Shown in pieces: positions 1-7,779 of a DNA stretch of 16,580 nt (positions are counted from its first letter, which is position 1; each line of letters starts with the position of its first letter). The notes below the pieces were generated by a model. The model was not told the DNA's origin. It made no database searches and saw only the letters and a program-made list of their open reading frames with translations. The translations under genes and the position numbers were made by a program. The DNA lies in assembly GCF_006345805.1 (NCBI RefSeq), contig NW_021825130.1, positions 1 to 16,580 of the forward strand. Reading direction: 5' to 3'. This DNA is from Octopus sinensis (taxonomy: Eukaryota).

Positions 1-64
1 TCCTTAAGAAAATGCATGACTTAGCATAGATCGGAAATAAAAAACGGAAGCGCAGGCAAATAGA

Positions 65-451
65 TATAGGAGCACTCCGTCGGTTACGACGATGAGGGTC
101 CCAGCTGATACAATCAACGGAACAGCTTGCTCGTGGAATTAACGTGCAAGTGGCTGAGCACTCCACAGACACGTGTACCCTTAACGTAGTTCTCGAGGAG
201 ATTCAGCGTGACACAGAGTGTGACAAGGCTGGCCCTTTGAAATACAGGTACAACAGAAACAGGAAGAAAGAGTGAGAGAAAGCTGTGGTGAAAGAGTACA
301 GCAGGGTTCACCACCACCCCCTGCAGGAGCCTCGTGAAGTTTTAGGTGTTTTCGCTCAATAAACACTCACAATGCCCAGTCTGGGAATCGAAACCGCGAT
401 CCTACGACCGCGAGTCCGCTGCCCTAACCACTGGGCCATTGCGCCTCCACT
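65..451 (-). mobile_element. tRNA-derived SINE, full length (head R + tail X; resembles octopus OR-type SINEs)
   Basis: Minus strand starts GTGGAGGCGCAATGGCCCAGTGG: A box at 428-438, B box GGTTTCGATTCCC at 383-395. Flanked by a 13-bp direct repeat GCAGGCAAATAGA (52-64 and 452-464). Bases 263-450 are repeated at 15086-15272, and the tail end is repeated at 2811-2880. The family name is from memory. Confidence 0.92.
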
Positions 452-547
452 GCAGGCAAATAGAACTCAGTCAACATATAGAGACGTGTGCAGGTAAAAA
501 ATAACCAAACTTTACAATTATCCCTTTATATCAATTTAGTGATTAAA

Positions 548-790
548 CAACTCAACAACAACGCAACATGAAACAAACAACATTCATAACTAAATACGAA
601 CTACAGCCAACCCTACACCAGCCGTTGCTGAAGTTGCCATTACAACTACTTGTTAAAGTGACAAAGAAGCTACTACAGCCACTAGCATTCCTGCTGCTGC
701 TGTTGCAACAGCTACTCTTGCTTCTTCTGCTACTGACAGTTAACGGTACTGTTGCTGCTATCACTACGACCCATCAACTACAAAAAAATT
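548..790. repeat. Degenerate trinucleotide (ACA/ACT/GCT) low-complexity tract
   Basis: Visible 3-nt periodicity; stops interrupt the Thr/Ala frame. Confidence 0.6.
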
Positions 791-898
791 AAGGAAACAA
801 CAGCGTCATATAATTTTTGTAAGAAAACATGTGAACATCCAGAATTGATATCATGAAGGATTAATCTAATTTATTTAAATTTATTTTTATTTTTACAT

Positions 899-943
899 CA
901 ACATGATTAAATCGTCTTTTGAAAGCGATTGAAACCGGTAGCT
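899..943 (+). ncRNA. Minimal type-I hammerhead-like motif with variant core (Penelope-like remnant)
   Basis: Core ATGATTA at 903-909; stem II AATCG(T)CTT-TTGA-AAGCGATT at 910-930; GAAA at 931-934; palindromic ACCGGT at 934-939; GTA triplet. Stem I is decayed (AAC/GCT, 2 of 3 pairs). Confidence 0.45.
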
Positions 944-1030
944 TATTTTATAAAAATGCAAATACATTTTTATACTTTTATTCATGACAAACTACTTAAA
1001 GCGTTAAAGTATTTTCTTGTTTTTGTTTTT

Positions 1031-1032
<2 letters not shown>

Positions 1033-1107
<75 letters not shown>

Positions 1108-1121
1108 TATAATATATATAA
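1033..1121. repeat. (TA)n microsatellite
   Basis: Direct reading. Confidence 0.98.
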
Positions 1122-1283
1122 TATGGATCAAAACAGCTTGATTCAAATTCTCTGCTACTTAAAGTTTCAAAGTTCGCGGATCTTTTCGCTAAACGGTGAT
1201 AATTTCCACTGTTCAAGGATAAGCTCTACGAGCTTTGAAATTTTAAGTAGCACAGAATTTGAATCAAAGATGTTTGATCCATA
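1122..1283. mobile_element. Palindromic fold-back element / MITE, TA-flanked
   Basis: TA|TGGATC...GATCCA|TA. Bases 1138-1176 match the reverse complement of the right arm at 36/39 positions, and pairing continues imperfectly to a centre near 1202. Confidence 0.8.
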
Positions 1284-1403
1284 CATGTCACTACCAATAA
1301 AGTGTTTGTCTACTCACTGTGTGGGTGTGTGTGGTGTGTGTGTGGTGTGGGTGTTGTATGTATTACTATATATATATATATTATATATGATATATATAAT
1401 ATA

Positions 1404-1625
1404 GGCGCGGAGTGAGTGGCTGTGTGGGAAGTAGCTTGCCTACCAACCACATGGTTCCGGGGCTCAGTCCCACTGAGTGTGTATCTTGGGCAAGTGCCTT
1501 ACTATAGCCTTGGGCCGACCAAAGGCCTTGTGTGAGTGGATTTGGTAGACGGAAACTGAAAGGAACCCGTATATGTATATGTGTGGGTGTTGTGTGTGTT
1601 TATCCCCCTCAACATTCGCTTACAA
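1404..1625 (+). mobile_element. tRNA-derived SINE family K, 3'-truncated
   Basis: Collinear with 12623-12845 and with the reverse complement of 6105-6370. Carries a GTGGCTGTGTGG A-box-like motif, a CTTGGGCAAGTG CORE-like box and an internal TA/TG tract. Confidence 0.9.
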
Positions 1626-1630
1626 AGAAT

Positions 1631-1637
1631 ATATATA

Positions 1638-1675
<38 letters not shown>
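1631..1675. repeat. (TA)n microsatellite
   Basis: Direct reading. Confidence 0.97.
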
Positions 1676-1676
<1 letters not shown>

Positions 1677-2384
1677 CACACACCTGTGCCTGCAAGTATG
1701 TATGATTGTGTGGTATGTGTGCATGTATGCGTGTATGAACGTTGTAGGTATGACTTTAACCTGAATCTAGGGGTGGAATCCTGGTATGAGGTTTCTAGGG
1801 TTTTGAGGAGCATGGGACCACCTCTTAGCCAATATTGTCCCCAGGCCTACTCTGGCCTGGAATAGTAGTAAACTTTAGGATCCCAGCTATGGGTTAACTA
1901 GCATGTAAAACACCAGGGGTCAAGGACCCTTAGTTCTTGTTAGAACTTCCTTCTAAGAGAAGATATATTCGTATAAAAGCACGAAGTCAGTTGGTGTCTG
2001 GTCATCTCAACCTCTGTTGTGCCACTGGCTTTAAATGTGTCCATTGCAGTGCAACGCTTTATCCACCCAAAGCAATTACACTGAAGGGAGCTTCTTGGAC
2101 TCTTGAATCGTTTGCACGGACTTACTGTCTTGAAGAAGTCGTCTTACTCGGTGACGAGTAGACTTCCACCATGTATGTACGTATTTATGTGTGTGGAGGG
2201 GTTGCAGGTTTTGCACCTGTAAGCAAGACTGGAGTGTGGCACGAGAGCAGAAATCAAGGGAAACAGATAGACAACTAGATAGATAGATTTCTTTATTTAG
2301 CCATGCAGGGCCGAACACAGTGGGGACAATACAATGTAGAATTTTACTTTTCGAAACCGATTAATATGGATCGAAAAACGTTTA

Positions 2385-2397
2385 GATAGATAGACAG

Positions 2398-2446
<49 letters not shown>

Positions 2447-2565
2447 GAGGGAAGACACAGACAGAGACAGACAGACAAACAGAAAGAGACCCGGTGAGAG
2501 AGAGAGACCCCAGGGACAGAGACTGACCTCCAGGGAGAGACAGAGAGAGATTGGGGAAATAGAGA
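2385..2565. repeat. Compound (AGAT)/(AG)/(AGAC) microsatellite
   Basis: Direct reading. Confidence 0.93.
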
Positions 2566-2644
2566 AGGAAATTGAGAGAAAGTGAAATTGAAAGAAACAG
2601 ATTTAAGATGCATAATTATTTCTGATTGAGACACAAGGCCAATA

Positions 2645-2794
2645 CGTTCAGTATTTGACTGGTACTTTATTTTATCGACCTCAGAAAAGATGAAAGACAA
2701 AGCTGACCGCGTTGAAATTCGAACTCAGATCGCAAAGGGCGTCGCATAGCATTTTGTCCGGACGTTCTTGCGTTTCCACTAATTTACCGCCTTT
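2645..2794 (-). mobile_element. SINE family M, diverged 5' half
   Basis: The reverse complement (AAAGGCGGTAAATTAGTGGAAACG...CTGAGTTCGAATTTC...CTTTCATCTTTTCTGAGGTCGATAAAATAAAGTACCAG) aligns with 12163-12305. Confidence 0.8.
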
Positions 2795-2810
2795 AACTTA
2801 ACTAACTGGC

Positions 2811-3040
2811 TCTCCGTCGGTTACGACGATGACAAAGGTTCCATTTGATCCGATCAACAGAACAGCCTGCTCGTGAAATTGCCCTGAAGAAATACACGTA
2901 CTACCCATTTTGCCAGATGAGTGGACTGGAGCAACGTGAAATAAAGTATTTTGCTGAAGAACATAACACACTGCCGCGGGAATCGAACGCACGACTTTAC
3001 GATCGTGAACCGAATACGTTAACCACTTAGCTCCGCGGCG
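2811..3040 (-). mobile_element. tRNA-derived SINE with CORE/V-like body and tail X
   Basis: A box GGAGCTAAGTGG at 3023-3034 and B box GTTCGATTCCC at 2978-2988. Body TTTCACGTTGCTCCAGTCCACTCATCTGGCAAAATGGGTAG resembles conserved metazoan SINE central domains (from memory). Its last ~70 nt match 74-140. Confidence 0.85.
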
Positions 3041-3452
3041 AGCGAGCGGCAGAACCGTTAGCACGCTAGGCGAGACGCGTAGCCGTATTTCGTCTGCCGT
3101 TACGTTCTGAGTTCAAATTCCGCCGAGGTCGACTTTGCCTTTCATCTTTTCGGGGTCGATTAAATAAGTACCAGTTACGCACTGAGGTCGATATAATCGA
3201 CTTAATCCGTTTGTCTGTCCTTGTTTGTCCTCTCTGTGTTTAGCCCTTTGTGGGTAGTAAAGAAATAGGTATTTTGGCTGCCGTTACGTTCTGAGTTCAA
3301 ATTTCGCCGAGGTCGACTTTGCCTTTCATCCCTTCGGATTCGATTAGATAAGTACCAATTAGGCACTGGGATCGATGTAATCGACTTAATTGCTTTATCT
3401 GTCCTTGTATGTCCCCTCTATGTTTAGCCTCCTGTGGGCAATAAAGAAATAA
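3037..3452 (+). mobile_element. SINE family M with two tandem 184-bp body units
   Basis: Head matches 12165-12212; B box GAGTTCAAATTCC; unit 1 is 3085-3268 and unit 2 is 3269-~3452. Confidence 0.92.
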
Positions 3453-3783
3453 ATGAACTTAGCCCCGCGCCCTTAACATATGCAACTGAAGAAAGTAGAA
3501 GTTATTATTTAACTGCCCCTGGATCTACGTGCGAGAGATACACGCGTAGGTGTTTAAATTACCTGTATATACGTGCACACCTTGACAACAGTGGTAGCTA
3601 CTAGACACAGGCAAGAAGTGGGTGTAAGGCTAACTGTTTACTGTTTTGTCTTAGGGGTACTGCACTATATTACCATGTACGGAGCGTGGGTGGCTGAGGA
3701 GCATCGACAACAATAACAATAAGCGTGATACATTGCTGAGAATAACGTGCTACTTGCTGCTGCTGCTGTTGTTGTTGTTGTTG

Positions 3784-3981
3784 TTTAGCCCCAGGTCGAG
3801 CCTGATGCAGGACATACACGATAAAAGGCGTTCAAGCAGTGGCTATTTCATATTTTCTTTACTTATTTTTCTTTTAAGTATTTCTATGTTAGATTATCCA
3901 CTATAACAATGTGCTGTCGAGGAAGATTTGGTTGTTGTTTCTAGTAAATGTAGCGACTACGTAGAGGTTTCCTTGTTGGCA
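3784..3981 (+). mobile_element. Unclassified interspersed repeat family D, copy 1
   Basis: Shares two blocks with other copies: CCTGA...TAAAAGGCGTTC and GAAGATTTGGTTGTTGTTTCTAG...GACTACGTAGAGG. Confidence 0.6.
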
Positions 3982-4215
3982 CATTGTTGCTGTTATTGTT
4001 ATTGTTGTTGTTGTTGTTGTTGTTGTTGTTATTGTCGCTATCGTCGTGATTACCCTTGTTCTTAATATTGTTGTCGTGATCACTCTTTACACTGTTTAAA
4101 TGTTGTTATCGTTATTTTCAGGATCACTGATGCTGTTGTTGTTGTTGTTGTTGTTGATGTTATTGTTATTGTCGTTGTTGTTGTCATGTTGCTGCTGCTG
4201 TTGCTGCTGCTGATG
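3982..4215. repeat. (GTT/ATT/GCT) degenerate trinucleotide tract
   Basis: Direct reading. Confidence 0.9.
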
Positions 4216-4289
4216 CCACTGTTGTTTCCGCTGCTGTTACTCCTACTACGGAGCTCAACGCCATCACTCTTTATTGATATTATTTGTTT

Positions 4290-4461
4290 ACCAACCTTGA
4301 ATAAACCTATAATCAAAGCATCCTAACCGTGACCACCCCGTCTTTTTAAGTTTCCATCTAAGACTAAATTATCGAAATATGTCCTTCCTTTCTGTAAAAC
4401 GACAGTGGTTTTGACTGAAGCGAGAGATTTTGCAGCTATTTCTAGCAAATCTAGAAACCAC
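4290..4461 (+). mobile_element. Family D, copy 2
   Basis: CCTATAATCAAAGCATCCTAACCGTGACCACCCCGTC and GAGAGATTTTGCAGCTATTTCTAGCAAATC; the latter matches 6645-6672. Confidence 0.65.
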
Positions 4462-4513
4462 ATAGCTGCTAAATCTCTCTTTGAATGTTCTTTTCATTGA
4501 TGTTGATTTTTGC

Positions 4514-4538
4514 GCTACTACTACTACTACTACTACTA

Positions 4539-4578
<40 letters not shown>
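4514..4578. repeat. (ACT)n microsatellite
   Basis: Direct reading. Confidence 0.97.
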
Positions 4579-4774
4579 TTCGTAGTACTTGTAGTACAGT
4601 CTCGAGTGTGACTGACAATATCCGCCATAATCATTTGACACATTATTTACACAGCGTTCATGCTGTCGTCTGCTTTTAGTGAAAAAAAAAAAAAAAGAAA
4701 TGCCTGTTGATACCTAATAAGAGTAGCTATAACAAACAGCTCCACAAGTGAACCGCGATAGCAGCGTATGATGT

Positions 4775-5201
4775 TGGTTCATATATCGTATGGCATTGGC
4801 TGAAATATCGTATCAGTTGTGGTTGTATTTTGATTTCGTTCTTGTACGACGTGGGATATAATTATTTGGATGAGGGTACGTCGTAAAGTGTTGTACGACG
4901 TACCCTCTATAACGAAAGGTGTGGTGCTATGTCGTATGGGTCGTGGTATATACTTATGTGCATGATATACCGTATATACCGTATCATGATGTAGGTGGAT
5001 ATCGTATAGCACCGTGGTATATTGGGATGTGCGATATGCATAATATAGTGAGGGTGTGTATGTAGTGTGTTGTGTGATATCAATGAAAAGCAAACGAGAA
5101 TAATATCTCTATGGATCCTGGTATGTTATATGTGCGTGTGTTATTGTGACTAGCGAGATAACATGAGGGGTAATATGTCTATGAGTTGAGGTGTATTGTG
5201 G

Positions 5202-5232
<31 letters not shown>

Positions 5233-5480
5233 TGTATGTATGTATGTATGTATGTATGTATGTATGTATGTATGTATGTATGTATGTATGTATGTATGTA
5301 TGCATGTGCGATAGAGTGGCGTGGGCTGTGGTACTGCGGTAACGAAAACAAGGATTGTTGATTTATCATATAAACCATGATGTATTATCGCATACGTGTA
5401 ATATAACGATGTGTAGTAAGGCGTTGTTGTGTATCGTAAGGTAATAACATGCAGTGTTGTGTTGCTATGGCCCGGTTCAG
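4775..5480. repeat. Highly decayed pentanucleotide array interrupted by (ATGT)n at ~5204-5302
   Basis: 5-nt phasing visible by eye (TCGTA TGGCA TTGGC TGAAA TATCG TATCA...); the tetramer block is near perfect. Confidence 0.65.
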
Positions 5481-5590
5481 TCCTGGCCCTGATTACATAG
5501 GCTTATAGATCAGACGACATTCTAAAATGTGTATTTCCATCCTTTAAGACAGTGCGGTGTGGTTTCAATGAATTTAGCTACAATTTTCAT
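5468..5590 (+). mobile_element. Family D, diverged copy 3
   Basis: CCCTGATTACATAGGCTTATAGATCAGACGACATTC and GAATTTAGCTACAATTTTC weakly match the two family D blocks. Confidence 0.35.
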
Positions 5591-5798
5591 CTAATTAAAA
5601 AAAAATTTTATTATGATTTGTTAGGTCCAAGCGATTACATAGAGACACCCACGTCGAGTCGTATCTGTGGGTGGCTATTGCGTTGGAGTGTTTATATTGA
5701 TGGTCGAAAACGGCAGAAGTTTGTGGTATAAGGTGAAATTTGGTGATATAGTGGCTGATAGCTTTAATTTTATTGCCATTTAATCTCATCAGATAGAC

Positions 5799-6157
5799 CA
5801 GTAGTTCTCAACCGGTGTCTGTATGACTCTTAGGGGTCCATTTAAGATTTTGTTGTTAAAATTTAAGGGCAATAAATTTGTTATACTTCCACAATACGCA
5901 AAATACTTTTACAATTCCTAGCCTTTTTTTTCTATTATTCTTTTATTCTTTTTCTTGTTTCAGTCATTTGACTGTGGCCATTCTGGAGCACCGCCTTTAG
6001 TCGAAGAAATCGACCTTAGGACTTATTTTTTGTAAGCCTAGTACTTATTCTATCGGTCTCTTTTGCCGAACCGCTAATTTACAGGGACGTACACACACCA
6101 ACATCGGTTGTCAAGCGATGGTGGGAAGACAAAACACAGACACAATGACACACATAA

Positions 6158-6210
<53 letters not shown>

Positions 6211-6479
6211 CACGACGGGCTTCTTTTCAGTTTCCGTTTACCAAATCCACTCGCAGCGCTTTGTTCGGCCTGAGGCAATAGTAAAAGACACTTGCCCAAG
6301 ATGCAACGCAGTGGGACTGAACCCGGAACTATGTGGTTGGGAAGCAAGCTTCTTACCACACAGCCACGCCTTAAAATGCAGTAAGATTTTTTTAATATAC
6401 ATCGAATGGCTACGGAGGTGCGTAGAGTAAAATAGGAACGAAAAGGGTCCATGGGCAAAAAAATGGTTGAGAAACACTG
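5799..6479 (+). mobile_element. Non-autonomous hAT (Charlie-like) MITE interrupted by a SINE
   Basis: Terminal inverted repeats CAGTAGTTCTCAACC (5799-5813) and GGTTGAGAAACACTG (6465-6479). The 8-bp flanks AGATAGAC and AGGTAGAA match 6/8, consistent with an aged hAT target duplication. Confidence 0.85.
5935..6371 (-). mobile_element. SINE family K, near full length, nested in the hAT MITE
   Basis: Reverse complement is collinear with 12623-13012. B box GGGTTCAGTCCC, internal (TA)(TG)(TATG) tract, tail ending in (AAAAGAAT)-like repeats. Confidence 0.93.
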
Positions 6480-6609
6480 AGGTAGAACTTTAACCAAGAG
6501 ACATTCCAACTGTGACTATCCCGTTCCATTTTTTTCTTTCTTTTTCGGACTCAGTGTATCTTGGACTACATTAATGTAACGCGTCCTTCAAGGACTACAT
6601 TGCTCATGT

Positions 6610-6712
6610 CTTTCCTTTCCGGAAACAGTTGTAGTGTAATATAAGAGAGATTTGGCTGTTATTTCTAGCAAATCGAAAGACTACGTGGAGGTAGGTTGCC
6701 TATCTCGTTAGT
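6610..6712 (+). mobile_element. Family D, copy 4 (3' part)
   Basis: GAGAGATTTGGCTGTTATTTCTAGCAAATCGAAAGACTACGTGGAGG at 6645-6691. Confidence 0.65.
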
Positions 6713-6844
6713 CTGAAGTTTGTAATGCAATGTTATGTGATGTGATATGGCGATGCACGGGCGTATTAATAAGGACGGGGTGGATTGCATGACAATGATA
6801 TGGATAAAGTTACTGGTTGACAAATTAATGATGATGGTTGATAC

Positions 6845-6870
6845 ACAGACAGACAGGTAGACGGACAGAC

Positions 6871-6943
<73 letters not shown>

Positions 6944-6956
6944 TAGACAGACAGAC

Positions 6957-6992
<36 letters not shown>

Positions 6993-7007
6993 GACAGACA
7001 GACAGAC

Positions 7008-7048
<41 letters not shown>

Positions 7049-7191
7049 TATAGATAGATATATAGACGATAGATAGATAGATAGATGATAGATGATAGAT
7101 ATAGACAGATCAGACAGATAGATAGATAGATAGATAGCAGATAGATAGATAGATAGATAGATGATAGATAGATAGATATAGACAGACAGAC

Positions 7192-7240
<49 letters not shown>

Positions 7241-7257
7241 TAGACAGACAGACAGAC

Positions 7258-7333
<76 letters not shown>
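6845..7333. repeat. (AGAT)n/(AGAC)n microsatellite, ~490 bp
   Basis: Direct reading. Confidence 0.98.
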
Positions 7334-7369
7334 GTGAAAGATAGAGATCTAATACAGCTACGCATCCCA

Positions 7370-7540
7370 TGAAACTACTACAACTGCTCATTATACAACA
7401 ACTACTACTACCACCATTACAGCATCTGTCGTTATATTACACCTGCTGCTACAGTTGCTGGTGGTGTTACTACTTAACTGCTTTTGCTGCAGCTACTGCT
7501 GCTGCTGATGCTGGCGATGATGATGCCCTACTGTTGTTGT
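7370..7540. repeat. Degenerate ACT/GCT/GAT trinucleotide tract
   Basis: Direct reading. Confidence 0.75.
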
Positions 7541-7544
7541 AGTT

Positions 7545-7757
7545 CGACAGCCTGGATCCAGACGGTCGATAACCATAGGTATGCCACCCCACGACCATTC
7601 CATCTTTGCTCGGTCTACAGAGGAGGATCTAAGGTTCTCTGCAGGCGGGATGCGTCCTTTTGTAAGATGTGTCCTTTTTGAGCGTGATTTGAGGGAAACC
7701 TGGCAGTTATTTCTAGCAGGCCGTGCGACCACTTAGATGATTTCCCCTCCGCTGGCC
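7545..7757 (+). mobile_element. Family D, copy 5
   Basis: CGACCATTCCATC matches TGACCACCCCGTC of copy 2. GAGGGAAACCTGGCAGTTATTTCTAGCAGGCCGTGCGACCACTTAGA at 7691-7737 matches the second block. Confidence 0.55.
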
Positions 7758-7779
7758 CGTGGCAGCTGTTGCTTTTCCT

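Noticed and set aside
33-47. GAAATAAAAAACG shared with 15637-15649
   Set aside because: A 13-bp A-rich match with non-aligning flanks; likely chance.
383-448. tRNA genes at the A/B-box motifs (also 2978-3034, 12623-12690 and 15205-15270)
   Set aside because: No complete cloverleaf or acceptor stem; each continues into a repeated SINE body.
568-792. 74-aa Leu/Gln-rich ORF
   Set aside because: Lies wholly in a degenerate trinucleotide tract.
1973-1992. TATA box plus TCAGT initiator
   Set aside because: Spacing is about 14 nt, far shorter than the canonical 25-30 nt.
1937-2161. Zinc-finger-like FKCVHC in the 74-aa ORF
   Set aside because: No downstream His/Cys pair at the expected spacing and a non-ATG start.
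2285-2345. Reverse-oriented LINE 3' end (AATAAA followed by (ATCT)n)
   Set aside because: Too short and has no second copy in the window to confirm it.
3085-3452. CRISPR-like or satellite array
   Set aside because: Only two long units with no spacers, in a eukaryotic SINE context.
3513-3716. Ankyrin-like peptide DLRARDTRVGVLHYITMYG formed by splicing 3549 to 3655
   Set aside because: Needs a weak GTGTTT donor, the upstream frame has a stop with no usable acceptor, and spacing is one residue off the ankyrin consensus.
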